The translations under genes and the position numbers were made by a program. Below, in pieces: positions 8,858 to 19,065 of a DNA stretch of 64,000 bases. Source of the stretch: Candidatus Nomurabacteria bacterium (GTDB taxonomy: Bacteria > Patescibacteriota > Minisyncoccia > Phycocordibacterales > UBA918); the NCBI GenBank assembly GCA_020632155.1, contig JACKGE010000001.1, positions 314,285 to 378,284 of the forward strand, written 5' to 3'. The stretch's first letter is position 1, and every line of letters begins with the position of its first letter. Under the pieces are notes generated by a model that had not been told where the DNA came from, made no database searches, and saw only the letters and a list, made by a program, of their open reading frames with translations.

Positions 8858-9724
8858 ATGTGGCAAACATACAAATACATTGACACTCATGCGCATCTTA
8901 ATCTCTCAGCCTTTAATGATGACCGAAATGTGGTGTTGGATACTATGGCTGAGCGGGGAGTAGCGGCTATAAATGTCGGTACTAAAGAAAGTACCAGCAA
9001 GCTAGCAGTAGAGTTAGCGGCAGAGCATGAACACTGTTACGCCATTATCGGCCTCCACCCGATTCAAACTACCGCTGGCCACCACGATGAAGACGAGATA
9101 GGGGAAGGTGGGCAGGCATTTAGCTCCAAAGGAGAAGTGTTTGACGCGGCTTTTTATCGTGAGCTGGCGGCGCAACCAAAAGTGGTTGGTATCGGCGAGT
9201 GCGGTTTTGATTATTGGCACAATGCACCAGATACCTATGCGGTGCAAGAAGCGGCGTTCGTTGCGCAGATAGAGCTGGCAAACGAACTTGGCCTCCCGCT
9301 TATGATCCACACTCGTGGCCCAAAGTCAGGGGAGGAGAGTCCGACCGGTCGCAGTGTCTATGCCGATGTGTACGAGACTCTAAAACAGTATGCCAAAGTG
9401 CCGTTTAATGTACATTTCTACGCTGGCACCTATGAGGAGGCAACTAAATTCTTTGAGCTTGGTGGCACTATCTCATTTACAGGCGTTATTACCTTTGCCA
9501 AAGATTATGAGGAAGTGGTACGAAAAGCACCGCTAGAGAAGATACATGCTGAGACCGACTGCCCATATGTCGCGCCGGTACCACACCGTGGCAAGCGCTG
9601 TGAACCGTGGATGGTGGAGGAGGTGTATAAAAAGATTGCTGAGATTAAGGGAGGGGATGAAGAGAAGGTGAGGATGCAGTTACTGGGAAATGCCTGTAAC
9701 TTTTATTCACTAGAAGTTGTATAA
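8858..9724 (+). CDS. tatD: TatD-family metal-dependent hydrolase/DNase
   Basis: YIDTHAHL...GECGFDY...MIHTR...ETDCPY motifs. Confidence 0.85.
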   Translation: MWQTYKYIDTHAHLNLSAFNDDRNVVLDTMAERGVAAINVGTKESTSKLAVELAAEHEHCYAIIGLHPIQTTAGHHDEDEIGEGGQAFSSKGEVFDAAFYRELAAQPKVVGIGECGFDYWHNAPDTYAVQEAAFVAQIELANELGLPLMIHTRGPKSGEESPTGRSVYADVYETLKQYAKVPFNVHFYAGTYEEATKFFELGGTISFTGVITFAKDYEEVVRKAPLEKIHAETDCPYVAPVPHRGKRCEPWMVEEVYKKIAEIKGGDEEKVRMQLLGNACNFYSLEVV

Positions 9725-9848
9725 TAAAAACAGATACATCAAGAGTGTAGAGGTGCTAAGGGATCTAGCCCAAGACTCTACCCGCAACCTGCATATCGCA
9801 AGGTGCGAATTCTAGCCCGCAAGGGAAAGATGTGTCACTCCATGAACA

Positions 9849-9880
9849 AAACCGACACATTTCCGTGTCGGTTTTGTTCT
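9849..9880 (+). terminator. Rho-independent terminator after tatD
   Basis: AAACCGACAC-atttcc-GTGTCGGTTT followed by TGTTCTTT. Confidence 0.6.
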
Positions 9881-9955
9881 TTAACATTACTCAAAGAAGG
9901 AGAGTAGAGATGCCTTACAGATTCGGTCACTTTACGGTGAATAAACAAGGTTTCC

Positions 9956-10444
9956 TTGTGTTTGAAGCGTTATTCGCCCTACGAGGAAGTAATTGTCCCA
10001 CATGACGTGTGTAAAAACGGCACTGCAGCGATTTCTGTTTATGTTCGCTCGCAGCTTCGTTCACGGCAAGACGCCCACAAAAAACACCAACGAGAGTACT
10101 TAGACCTACTGTCGTCAATCGACCACGGGGTCAGTACGCACTATGAGGGGGTAGTTCTGAAAGGCAGAATCACAAATAACGCGCATGAACGCGGCTTGTT
10201 TTCTGTTCATTTAGATTCTCCAACCATATATCAGTCTCGGTATGATGTCGTCGGTTCGTACTCTCGTGTGATGACAGGTCGTATTGAGTGGTGTTCAAAA
10301 GACACCTTCCTGTTAGCAGACTGGGTTATTGCTGAAGCAGAAAGGCACCTAGTCTCATTGTATAAAAGAGCGAAATTCAAACAGGCACACGCTCGAACCA
10401 TCGATCTAGCTACTGAACTAAACAAGACTGACGTGTATAGATAA
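9956..10444 (+). CDS. Hypothetical protein
   Basis: 162-aa ORF with no recognisable motifs. Followed by a strong hairpin terminator. Confidence 0.35.
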   Translation: MCLKRYSPYEEVIVPHDVCKNGTAAISVYVRSQLRSRQDAHKKHQREYLDLLSSIDHGVSTHYEGVVLKGRITNNAHERGLFSVHLDSPTIYQSRYDVVGSYSRVMTGRIEWCSKDTFLLADWVIAEAERHLVSLYKRAKFKQAHARTIDLATELNKTDVYR

Positions 10445-10446
10445 TA

Positions 10447-10474
10447 GCGAAACCCGAGCCTTTGGCTCGGGTTT
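10447..10474. terminator. Bidirectional terminator hairpin AAACCCGAGCC-tttg-GCTCGGGTTTT
   Basis: Lies between convergent genes 9956-10444 (+) and 10474-11406 (-). Confidence 0.65.
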
Positions 10475-11406
10475 TAATCAAATATGGAGATGAGGTAACC
10501 ATCAATCTTCCGCTGATCCCAGTCGTAGAAGTGAGCATTAGCTTTATGAAGATCAGTGGCGAGGTCCTCTCCAACAAAACGCCAGTGCCATGGTTCGAAG
10601 ACGTAGTAACTGTTGCCTGAAGGGTAGGAGAGAGTAAAGCCGTATTTGTGAGCGTTATCAAGGAGCCACTGATAGGCTGGTGTACTCTGGAACCCATCAA
10701 GGCCGCCGCCAAGACCATTTGTAGTGAAATCAATAGTGGTACCGAGTTGGTGTTCAGAGAAACCTTGGTCAGCGGAAAACGCATTGGCACCGCTACCGTA
10801 GGTGACGGTGTACGCACCCTTGAGCTGGGCCTGTGTTTCAAACGAACGGTACGCAGAGACTACCCAGAGATTGACCCCGTCATCTTTAGCATCCTCAACC
10901 ATGTCCTCAAAAAACGGCATGACCTTGCTGTGGAGTTGCAGCTCTTTTGATTCATTGTACTTCCATTCATTGTCTATCTCTTTAAGTGCCTCTGGTACGT
11001 AGTGTTCATTGAGGAAGTAGACCTTGGAGTATTTTTGCAGGAGTTCTTTGTCGGTCTTGGAAAGCTTATCGAGTACTTCGACAGTGCCGGTAAGTTCGTC
11101 GATGGTTTCACCAAACTCCTCGTTCTTGTCTTTTTCTCGTCGGAGGTCTCGTTCGGTGTCATCAAGCTCCTCTTGCGTGAGATCAAGATCGTCTGCTAGC
11201 TGTGCAATAGTGGCATCCCGTAGGGCTAAGGTGTCAGTGCTTGAAGCTATGTACGTATCAAACTGTGCTTTGGTACTTACTTGTAAGGTTGCAAGGTCAG
11301 TATAGAGCGAGCGCAGGTCGTAGTAGGCGTACGTATAGTAGCCAGCAATTACCAGTAAAAAGCCTAAACTGGCAAAAACGAGCTGTTTAACACTCGGCAT
11401 AGACAT
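10474..11406 (-). CDS. Peptidase M15 (VanY-like) D-alanyl-D-alanine carboxypeptidase. N-terminal TM anchor plus coiled-coil
   Basis: VVSAYRSFETQ...SEHQLGTTIDF...FEPWHWRFVG (VanY/M15B zinc-peptidase motifs). Start placed at MSMPSVKQLVFASLGFLL (TM). Confidence 0.7.
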   Translation of the reverse strand: MSMPSVKQLVFASLGFLLVIAGYYTYAYYDLRSLYTDLATLQVSTKAQFDTYIASSTDTLALRDATIAQLADDLDLTQEELDDTERDLRREKDKNEEFGETIDELTGTVEVLDKLSKTDKELLQKYSKVYFLNEHYVPEALKEIDNEWKYNESKELQLHSKVMPFFEDMVEDAKDDGVNLWVVSAYRSFETQAQLKGAYTVTYGSGANAFSADQGFSEHQLGTTIDFTTNGLGGGLDGFQSTPAYQWLLDNAHKYGFTLSYPSGNSYYVFEPWHWRFVGEDLATDLHKANAHFYDWDQRKIDGYLISIFD

Positions 11407-11510
11407 AGTCGGGTAATTGTACCACGCAAAATCGCCGTGTCGGCGGCATTGTAGGGTGGTCGTTTTTGTGGTACGGTACTGCCACATTATCAGGTTAATG
11501 ACAAATTATC

Positions 11511-12080
11511 GTGTCAGAAACAACAATGCCAGCAGCTGAGGCTGAGGTGTTAGTAGACGGCTCAGACGAGCAGTTTAGCTACGAACTCGCCTTCCACGTA
11601 CTTCCAACGGTTGCTGAAGGGGAAGTAACTACGGTCTTTGCCGACATTAAGGCTCTTATTACCAATGATAGTGGACATATCTTCGACGAAGAAGCGCCGG
11701 AGCGATTTGACCTAGCCTACGAGATTGAAAAGGTTATCGAAGGCAAGCATCGAAAGTTCGCAAGTGCGTATTTTGGTTGGGTTCGCTTTAAAGCTGAGGC
11801 TGAGGCGGTGCTCAAAATTACCGCTGAAATCGAATCACGACCAGACATCTTGCGACACCTTTTGATCAAGTTGACCCGCACAGAAGAAGAGAACCCGTTT
11901 CGATTCCACGAGGCTATCAAAGATCAGAAGATGGTCTCAACAGTAGAGGAGTCAGAAGTGTTGCCTGATGTAACTACCGTTACACACAGTGATGATGAGG
12001 ATGCCGGTACTGAAGACGAAGACGCTGGAGAAGTTGATGAAGAAGCCATCGATAAGGCTCTCGAAGAAAAAGAGGTTTAA
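11511..12080 (+). CDS. rpsF: 30S ribosomal protein S6 with an acidic C-terminal extension
   Basis: YELAFHVLP...GHIFDEEAPERFDLAYEI...AEIESRPDILRHLLIK follows the S6 pattern. Sits in the classic rpsF-ssb-rpsR arrangement. Confidence 0.7.
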   Translation: MSETTMPAAEAEVLVDGSDEQFSYELAFHVLPTVAEGEVTTVFADIKALITNDSGHIFDEEAPERFDLAYEIEKVIEGKHRKFASAYFGWVRFKAEAEAVLKITAEIESRPDILRHLLIKLTRTEEENPFRFHEAIKDQKMVSTVEESEVLPDVTTVTHSDDEDAGTEDEDAGEVDEEAIDKALEEKEV

Positions 12081-12099
12081 TGGGTAAACAAACGAGACT

Positions 12100-12552
12100 A
12101 TGTACATTAACAAAGCAATGATCTACGGAAACCTGACGCGTGATCCTGAACTACGTACGTTACCAAGTGGTATCAACGTGTGTTCATTTTCACTCGCCAC
12201 TAATCGTGTCTACAATGATCGCGATGGCAAGCGTCAGGAACAGACCGATTATCACAACGTAGTAGTATTCGGTAAGCAGGCTGAGACCACCGCCAAGTAC
12301 CTCACCAAGGGTAGTAGCGCGTATGTCGAAGGTCGTATGCAAACACGCAGTTGGGATGGTGATAATGGAGTCAAACAGTATCGCACCGAGGTCATTGCAG
12401 ATCGTGTACAGTTTGGTCCTCGTGGTGCCGGTAGCGGCGCTCCCACTGGAAATACTGTCAATTCTGGTACAGGTAAAGCAGAGGCAGAGGAGGCACCGAA
12501 GGCACCTGATTATCCAGAGGAGGATATCAATCCAGAGGACATCCCCTTTTAA
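12100..12552 (+). CDS. ssb: Single-stranded DNA-binding protein
   Basis: OB-fold N-terminus (NKAMIYGNLTRDPELR...) and acidic C-terminal tail ending DIPF. Confidence 0.9.
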   Translation: MYINKAMIYGNLTRDPELRTLPSGINVCSFSLATNRVYNDRDGKRQEQTDYHNVVVFGKQAETTAKYLTKGSSAYVEGRMQTRSWDGDNGVKQYRTEVIADRVQFGPRGAGSGAPTGNTVNSGTGKAEAEEAPKAPDYPEEDINPEDIPF

Positions 12553-12735
12553 GCTTAAACGGCCTTTTTCTAGCAATACTTGTCGTTCCCTCATAAAAAC
12601 ACTCACTGTATATCTAGATACACCTCGTGTTTTTACTTCAGTCCACGACTTCGTCTTGCCAGAAAAATTCTCGTTTAATCCAAAATTAAAAATACTAGCA
12701 CACTAAAAACTTGAACCTATAACCTAACCTGAACT

Positions 12736-12933
12736 ATGGAAGACCGACAAAAAAAGCAGCCGATCACCCATATCGACTACAAAGACATCACTCGTATCAA
12801 GAATCATGTGAATCCACACGCTCGCATGATGGGCCGCCGCCGAACCGGCTTTACCGCCAAGGCGCAGCGAGACTTTGCGCGCGCGGTAAAGCGTGCCCGC
12901 TTTATGGCCTTGATGCCGTACGTGAGTCATTAA
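12736..12933 (+). CDS. rpsR: 30S ribosomal protein S18
   Basis: ...IDYKDITRIKNHVNPHARMMGRRRTGFTAKAQRDFARAVKRARFMALMPY. Confidence 0.9.
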   Translation: MEDRQKKQPITHIDYKDITRIKNHVNPHARMMGRRRTGFTAKAQRDFARAVKRARFMALMPYVSH

Positions 12934-12939
12934 GATGAA

Positions 12940-12972
12940 AAAGCCGCGCCCAAAGAGCGCGGCTTTTTCTAT
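12940..12972 (+). terminator. Rho-independent terminator after rpsR
   Basis: AAAAAGCCGCGC-ccaaa-GAGCGCGGCTTTTTCT. Confidence 0.7.
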
Positions 12973-13037
12973 ATGTGACGTTATTTCTTAACTCGCAGTT
13001 ATAGATACATGAACCAGTTCTTTTTAGGAGTTCGACC

Positions 13038-13424
13038 ATGACCATTCATGTACTACCGGTGCGGGCTGATACCGGCACCAACATCCACCTCAAACTTGTC
13101 GGTAGTTGCGGCAAACGTATAGTAGCTACTGCTAGCGTACACATTGTAACTACCGACTCCCATGTGTACGCGTATCTGCACGACGTGCTTGTGAAGGAGG
13201 AATACCGCGGCCGTGGGTATGGGCGGCAGCTTATGATGGGGGTGCTCGTTGCGCTCCAAGAGTACGCAGATGACACTTGCAAATCCATTAAGCTACAGTT
13301 CACCAGTAGCCCCACGCGGGTCGCTGCCAACAGCCTCTATCAGAGTCTGGGCTTTGAACTCGTTGCAACTGCCACTAGCGGCGGCACTAATCTCTACCAA
13401 CGTATCATCGAGTCAGCAATGTGA
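13038..13424 (+). CDS. GNAT-family N-acetyltransferase
   Basis: ...VLVKEEYRGRGYGRQLM...SLGFEL (acetyl-CoA-binding motif A). Confidence 0.65.
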   Translation: MTIHVLPVRADTGTNIHLKLVGSCGKRIVATASVHIVTTDSHVYAYLHDVLVKEEYRGRGYGRQLMMGVLVALQEYADDTCKSIKLQFTSSPTRVAANSLYQSLGFELVATATSGGTNLYQRIIESAM

Positions 13425-13616
13425 CTTTGCTTGCTGGAGCCTATAGAATGGTGGTAGATGCGCTTCCACGGAGATGACCATGGGCCAGCTGAAACTCATT
13501 GACTACGCGTTTCGTACCGCGATTGCGATTCCGGTCTTCATTTTATTCGGAATCTGCTGGTACGTATCGTGACATGAAAAAAGGCGGGCGCCAACGGCGC
13601 CCGCCTCATCTTTTAC

Positions 13617-14192
13617 CTACGCTTTTTCCATTCGCTCTGAATATTCACCCGATTCAGTGTTGATGGAGATGACATCACCCTGATTGATGAACATAGGCAC
13701 CATGATGGTCGCTCCTGTCTCAAGCGTGACCTCTTTTTGGGCGCCACTTGAGGTATTACCTTTAACCGCTTCCATGGCTTCGGTCACTTTTAGTTCCACC
13801 TTAATAGGAATGTTGATACCAATGACCTCGTCGTTGTAGAGGATGGCGTCTACCTCACTCCGCTCTTTGAGGAATCGGCCTTCGGCCCCGACTAGTTCTT
13901 CTGAGAGGGCAAAGCGGGTACTGGGGTTACCTACCTCGTGGAACCAAAACTCACCTTTGTTCTTATATATATAGACGATTGGCTTCTTTTCCAGTTCAGC
14001 TTCTTCAGCAGTTTCGTTTACATGGAAGGTATTCTCCACTACGCGCCCAGAGATAAGGCTCTTTAGCTTGGTCACGTTGACCGGTTTACGCTGTTGCTTA
14101 CGAAAGACGTGGTGAGAAAGGACCAAGAAAGGCTCCTCGTCGTAGACGATGACCTTTTTGGTGAGTATTTCGTTATAAGAAAGTATGGCCAT
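13617..14192 (-). CDS. efp: Translation elongation factor P
   Basis: MAILSYNEILTKKVIVYDEEPFLVLSHHVFRKQQRKPVNVTKLKSLISGRVVENTF aligns with the EF-P N-terminus. Start trimmed from the track ORF to this Met. A GC hairpin (13580-13605) follows the stop. Confidence 0.85.
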   Translation of the reverse strand: MAILSYNEILTKKVIVYDEEPFLVLSHHVFRKQQRKPVNVTKLKSLISGRVVENTFHVNETAEEAELEKKPIVYIYKNKGEFWFHEVGNPSTRFALSEELVGAEGRFLKERSEVDAILYNDEVIGINIPIKVELKVTEAMEAVKGNTSSGAQKEVTLETGATIMVPMFINQGDVISINTESGEYSERMEKA

Positions 14193-14243
14193 TTTGTAAC
14201 TTTTGCTTGCGAATCTTGGTAATAACGAGCAAAATACTAGCAC

Positions 14244-14834
14244 ATGTTAGGCCTAACCACCACAGAGCGCGCCCAAGACCTTAGCGACGAAGAAGTGTTA
14301 CTGCGGGCGCGGAGGGAGCCGTGGCTCTTTGCAATCCTTCTTGAACGTCATCAGGACGCCTTTTTGCGCAAAGCACGAAGCATCATTCATAACGAGGAAG
14401 ACGCGGAGGAGATCGTGCAAGATACCTTTACCAAGGTATACATGAATGCTGATCGTTTTGAGGTGCGCGATGGCGCCACGTTCACTTCATGGGCGTACCG
14501 TATTCTTATGAATACCGCCTTTACTCGTTACCAGAAACGGCGTAAAGAGGGGGAGCGTTTCAGCGCCCTTGATCCGGAATTTGAACAGTTCATTGGTGAG
14601 CAGAAAAACCATTCTGGTTTTGAAGGGCAGCGCGACGCTATTGAGCGAATACTTGAACGCCTGCCGGGTCACTTTGCGCAGGTCTTACGCCTCCACTACC
14701 TTGAGCGCTGGAGTCATCAAGATATAGCTGATGAAAGTGGGGAATCGGTCGGGGCAGTGAAGACCCGTATTCACCGCGCTAAAGAGGCGTTTCGCCAAGA
14801 GGCTGACGGGGAGGAATCGACGCTATTATCGTAG
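14244..14834 (+). CDS. RNA polymerase sigma-70 family factor (ECF-like)
   Basis: Region 2 (...EEIVQDTFTKVYMNADRF...) and region 4 HTH (...HQDIADESGESVGAVKTRIHRAKEAFR...). Confidence 0.7.
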   Translation: MLGLTTTERAQDLSDEEVLLRARREPWLFAILLERHQDAFLRKARSIIHNEEDAEEIVQDTFTKVYMNADRFEVRDGATFTSWAYRILMNTAFTRYQKRRKEGERFSALDPEFEQFIGEQKNHSGFEGQRDAIERILERLPGHFAQVLRLHYLERWSHQDIADESGESVGAVKTRIHRAKEAFRQEADGEESTLLS

Positions 14835-14880
14835 CAATGTAACTTTTTTTAGTACAGTCAGGTTACATAAGGTACGAACC

Positions 14881-15204
14881 ATGTCAAAAATAAATAACTT
14901 ACAAAAGAACATAATGCGCCGCGTGTACTACACGTTTGGTTTGCGCCTCGCGACGCACACCATCACCTTGCATATAGTTATGCTCCTCGTGGCTGGCTAC
15001 GCCTTGGCAAAGTTAGTACATGTGGCGGCTATCTTTAATAATGTAATGAATCTACGAGTGGGGGAGCTTGGTCGGTATATTGTCGGTACGCTTACTCATA
15101 CTGACCTACTTACGCTTGTTGTCTTTGGCCTGCTTGTCTTCACGGGTCTGTCACTCCAGTGGCGACTTCTGGTACCGCGCGCGCGGATGGTGCGATTGGC
15201 ATAG
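14881..15204 (+). CDS. Small polytopic membrane protein. Putative anti-sigma factor, by position only
   Basis: 107-aa ORF, 3 hydrophobic segments, immediately downstream of the ECF sigma gene. Confidence 0.3.
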   Translation: MSKINNLQKNIMRRVYYTFGLRLATHTITLHIVMLLVAGYALAKLVHVAAIFNNVMNLRVGELGRYIVGTLTHTDLLTLVVFGLLVFTGLSLQWRLLVPRARMVRLA

Positions 15205-15221
15205 ATATAGTAGGGATACAC

Positions 15222-15252
15222 AAAAGGCCGGCGCGTAGCGCCGGCCTTTTGT
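15222..15252. terminator. Bidirectional terminator AAAAGGCCGGCGC-gtag-GCGCCGGCCTTTTGT
   Basis: Lies between convergent 14881-15204 (+) and recA (-). Confidence 0.7.
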
Positions 15253-15266
15253 GTACTCTGTATCCC

Positions 15267-16337
15267 TTACTCGTCGTCTTTTAAGGCCTTACGGACGTTC
15301 TTCTCTATTTCCTTAAGGAGTTTCTTATCCTCACGTAGTGTCGTACGGGCAGCGTCGTACCCACGACCAAGTTTTACGATGGTAGACTCGTCACCTCCTA
15401 GCGGCGTGTATGAGTATGACGCGCCGGATTTTTCTATCATCTTATATTTCTCGCCGAGTGCTAACAGTTCACCCTCACGACTAATACCCTCACCGTAAAT
15501 AAGATCGAATTCAGTGGTTCTAAATGGGGCAGCCACTTTGTTCTTCACCACTTTAACGCGATGACGGCCACCAACCACCTCCTCACCCTTCTTGATTTGT
15601 GCAATGCGGCGAATATCAAGACGCACTGATGTATAGAATTTAAGCGCTTTACCTCCCGGAGTGGTCTCAGGGTTTCCAAACATCACGCCAACCTGCATAC
15701 GAATTTGGTTAATGAAAACAACTACCGTTTTGCTCTTAGCAGTGATGGCGGTTAGCTTACGGAGAGCTTGACTCATGAGACGAGCCTGCTTACCAACGTG
15801 GTGGGCGCCCATCTCACCCTCAATTTCGTCTTTCGGAGTTAGGGCAGCTACTGAGTCTATGACAATGATGTCTATCTTTCCGGAACGCACAAGTGATTCC
15901 ACTATCTCTAGCGCTTGCTCACCATGGTCCGGTTGGGAAATAAGGAGTTCGTCGAGCTTCACCCCCAAATTCTTGGCGTACTCTGGGTCCATGGCGTGCT
16001 CAGCATCGATAAAGGCACAGATACCGCCCCCTTTTTGTGCTTCAGCGATTGCGTGAAGGGCAAGAGTGGTCTTACCGGATGATTCTGGACCATAGATCTC
16101 AATGATACGCCCCCGTGGATACCCACCGATACCAAGTGCGTCGTCTAGGCCGATAGAGCCAGAGGGAATAGAGGCCACGTCTACTTTTTGTGTCTCACCC
16201 AAGGTCATGATGGCTTCGTCACCAAACTTGGTCTTAATCGCCCGCAGCGTCTCAAGTACCTGATTAGTGTCTTGTCCTGATGATGGGTTTTCGTCTTTGA
16301 TCTTTGCTACTTTCTTAGTGGTTTTTTTGGTTGCCAT
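15267..16337 (-). CDS. recA: Recombinase RecA
   Basis: [51 protein letters not shown]... full RecA core. Confidence 0.95.
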   Translation of the reverse strand: MATKKTTKKVAKIKDENPSSGQDTNQVLETLRAIKTKFGDEAIMTLGETQKVDVASIPSGSIGLDDALGIGGYPRGRIIEIYGPESSGKTTLALHAIAEAQKGGGICAFIDAEHAMDPEYAKNLGVKLDELLISQPDHGEQALEIVESLVRSGKIDIIVIDSVAALTPKDEIEGEMGAHHVGKQARLMSQALRKLTAITAKSKTVVVFINQIRMQVGVMFGNPETTPGGKALKFYTSVRLDIRRIAQIKKGEEVVGGRHRVKVVKNKVAAPFRTTEFDLIYGEGISREGELLALGEKYKMIEKSGASYSYTPLGGDESTIVKLGRGYDAARTTLREDKKLLKEIEKNVRKALKDDE

Positions 16338-16346
16338 ATTTCTATC

Positions 16347-16727
16347 TTAATTTAATGACGAATAAGGGGTGTACACAAAAGAACGTTCAATACTGGTCTC
16401 ACGGCCATACCGGTCTTTAGCGCTCACACGCACCAAGGTGTGACCGTTTTCGAGCACTACTGACTCGGTAAAGTCACCAGCTTCATCGGTGGAGATTGGC
16501 CGACCGTTTAAGTATATCTCAGTGATGTTTTTGGCGCTGCCGCTGAGTGTAATACGTCGCTCTGTCTGTGTTACCGAGGGCTCGTTTGTGAGGGTGAGGG
16601 AAGGACCGCTGATAAGCAAGCGTGCTTGGAACATGATGTAGAGAGCCGCCGAGCCAATGAGTGCGCAAAGGAAAATGGTCTTGAGAATACGCGGGGCGGT
16701 TACTTTTTGGACACGAATCGGTGACAT
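16347..16727 (-). CDS. Hypothetical membrane-anchored protein
   Basis: 126-aa ORF with an N-terminal TM. Sits between ftsK and recA, 7 nt after the ftsK stop. Confidence 0.4.
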   Translation of the reverse strand: MSPIRVQKVTAPRILKTIFLCALIGSAALYIMFQARLLISGPSLTLTNEPSVTQTERRITLSGSAKNITEIYLNGRPISTDEAGDFTESVVLENGHTLVRVSAKDRYGRETSIERSFVYTPYSSLN

Positions 16728-16730
16728 AGG

Positions 16731-18923
16731 CTATTGCTCATCAGAATATTCATCCTCTGCGCCTGCATCACTGCCGCCATTCATCAGCACCTCGCGCGGA
16801 CGTGACCCGTCTTGTGGCCCGATGACACCTTTCTCTTCGAGAATATCCATAAGGCGCGCCGCGCGTGAGTAGCCAATGCGGAGTTTGCGCTGCAAGTACG
16901 AGGTTGACGCTTTACCCGCCTCCATAACCGCCTGTCTAGCCTCCTCATAGAGGTCGTCACCGTCTTCGTCGTCAATCATGGCGCCAAATGTTGATTCACT
17001 GTTGTTGCCAGCAATATCATCAAGGTCTATCGAATCAAGTTCCTGAGCGTCTATCTGATCCTTGAGGTACTTCACTACTCGCTTCAGCTCATCTTCGCTG
17101 ACAAAGGCTGATTGCATACGAATTGGCTTCGCTAGTTCACCGGAAAGGAAGAGCATATCTCCTTGTCCAAGGAGTTTCTCGGCTCCCACTTGGTCGAGAA
17201 TGGTCCGTGAGTCTATTTGTGAAGCTACCTGTAGCGCCAAGCGGCTCGGAATGTTGGCTTTGATGGTACCAGTAATGATATTGACCGACGGTCGCTGGGT
17301 AGCGAGCATGAGGTGAATACCAACCGCGCGGCTCATCTGAGCGAGGCGCACAATGGAGGCCTCAAGTTCCTTTGGATAGGCCTGCATCAGGTCAGCCAGC
17401 TCGTCCATTACAATAACGATATATGGCATCGGTTCCGGTAAGCTCTCGCGCTCCTCATCAGGACTACCGTCCTTCTCGAACTTTTCTTTAGCTGGCTTAT
17501 AGATGTTGTCATGGTAGGAACCGATGTCACGGACCTTTTCCGCCTGCAAGACATCGTAGCGTCGTTCCATCTCCTTGATGGCCCACTTCAGCGCAATAAG
17601 TGCTTTCTTAGGTTGGGTGATAACTGGCGTTAGGAGATGCGGAATGTCGTTGTAGAGGGTAAGTTCGACGCGCTTCGGGTCAACCATGATGAAGCGGAGT
17701 TGGTCCGGTGAGTTCCTAAAGAGTAGGGAGGTGACGAGGGTATGGATGGTGACCGACTTACCCGAACCGGTGGTACCGGCAATAAGGGCGTGCGGCATTT
17801 TAGCCACGTTCGCAAAGTGCACGTGACCGGTGATGTCTTTACCGAGCGCAACCAGAAGTGGCTTCGGTGAGTCAGTGAATTCAGCGCTTGAGAGTAGTGA
17901 CGCAAGACCAACAGTAGACTTAGCGCTGTTTGGCACCTCAATACCCACGAGTGACTTGCCAGGAATCGGTGCTTCGATACGGATAGGGGAGGCTGCGAGG
18001 GCAAGCTCAAGGTTGTTCTGAAGACCAACTATCTTCGAGATGCGGACCCCTTCTGCTGGCTTCAGTGAGTAGCGGGTAACGGTTGGGCCAATAGATACCT
18101 CGTCCATCTCTACTTCAATACTGAAGTTCTTAAGAGTTCGTTTGATGATATTGGCGTTAGCTTTGACGTCACCGCTCTTAGCTTTCCCGCGGTCTTTTAG
18201 TAGGAGTGAGAGGGGAGGTGGGTTGTAAGTCCCTTCAAAGCTGGAAACAGCAAAGTCAGCCGCGCCCTTAGAGAGGCCCAGCCGTTCTTTGACGGACAGT
18301 TTCTTTGGTGAGTCCTCCTCTGCATCTTCAGTATCCTCCTCAGCCTCTTCGTCAGATTCTTCACCTTCTTCATCCTCCAGTCCGAGGTGTTCCATTTCGT
18401 CGTCATCGAGTGCCTCCTCGTCTTCACTGCGCTCACGGCGGGTGAAGAGTCGAGACAGTGCGAGGCTGGTGTCAAACGTAAGGAAGATACCTATTATGAC
18501 AAGTGCACCGAGTACAATGCCGGTGGCCAGTGATCCCATCAAATAGGTGAGAGGTGCCTCAATAGCCATACCGGTGATACCGCCGAGGTCCTGATGGTAG
18601 AGTTCAAAGAATCCCAGCAGGGAAACGAACATAAGAGCGATACCAATAATCTTTGAAGTACTGACCTCCTGATCGTCTTTAGGCTTTAGCATTGCGTAGA
18701 CGTAAAAGAGACAGGCAACCGGCGCAAGGTGAGCGCCGCCACCGAAAAGAAAATCAAGCGCCGTTTTAGTTAAGCTTCCTACACGTCCTGCAAAACCAAA
18801 GAGTGACAGCCAGAAATAGACAGCGAGGACCACAAACACGACTGCAGCAATAGCTTGTTTAGTGTGAGGTGAGAGATCATCAAAATATGCTTTCTTTGGT
18901 GGTTGCTTTTTTCGGGCGGCCAT
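16731..18923 (-). CDS. ftsK: DNA translocase FtsK/SpoIIIE
   Basis: N-terminal TM segments, acidic linker, motor domain (...HALIAGTTGSGKSVTIHTLVTSLLFRNSPDQLRFIMVDPKRVEL...) and C-terminal gamma winged helix. Confidence 0.9.
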   Translation of the reverse strand: MAARKKQPPKKAYFDDLSPHTKQAIAAVVFVVLAVYFWLSLFGFAGRVGSLTKTALDFLFGGGAHLAPVACLFYVYAMLKPKDDQEVSTSKIIGIALMFVSLLGFFELYHQDLGGITGMAIEAPLTYLMGSLATGIVLGALVIIGIFLTFDTSLALSRLFTRRERSEDEEALDDDEMEHLGLEDEEGEESDEEAEEDTEDAEEDSPKKLSVKERLGLSKGAADFAVSSFEGTYNPPPLSLLLKDRGKAKSGDVKANANIIKRTLKNFSIEVEMDEVSIGPTVTRYSLKPAEGVRISKIVGLQNNLELALAASPIRIEAPIPGKSLVGIEVPNSAKSTVGLASLLSSAEFTDSPKPLLVALGKDITGHVHFANVAKMPHALIAGTTGSGKSVTIHTLVTSLLFRNSPDQLRFIMVDPKRVELTLYNDIPHLLTPVITQPKKALIALKWAIKEMERRYDVLQAEKVRDIGSYHDNIYKPAKEKFEKDGSPDEERESLPEPMPYIVIVMDELADLMQAYPKELEASIVRLAQMSRAVGIHLMLATQRPSVNIITGTIKANIPSRLALQVASQIDSRTILDQVGAEKLLGQGDMLFLSGELAKPIRMQSAFVSEDELKRVVKYLKDQIDAQELDSIDLDDIAGNNSESTFGAMIDDEDGDDLYEEARQAVMEAGKASTSYLQRKLRIGYSRAARLMDILEEKGVIGPQDGSRPREVLMNGGSDAGAEDEYSDEQ

Positions 18924-19065
18924 AGGGAAATACTACAAACGACAGGGCTAGGAATCTAACAAACGAATATACATAATTCTACCACGCAGACGGCCGCTTA
19001 GACTGTGTATTAATCAGCCGACAGATACAGTAAAAAGCTAAGTGCAGGGCCACTAAAAGTCAGTT

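Noticed and set aside
9727-9850. Possible tRNA or small RNA in the 125-nt spacer after tatD
   Set aside because: I could not build a cloverleaf (no T-loop TTCRANY, no acceptor pairing). Only a terminator hairpin is supportable.
16657-18546. Multiple internal or antisense ORFs within ftsK (e.g. 17630-18028, 18289-18546) and recA (15775-16056)
   Set aside because: They are embedded in or antisense to strongly supported genes, with low-complexity translations.
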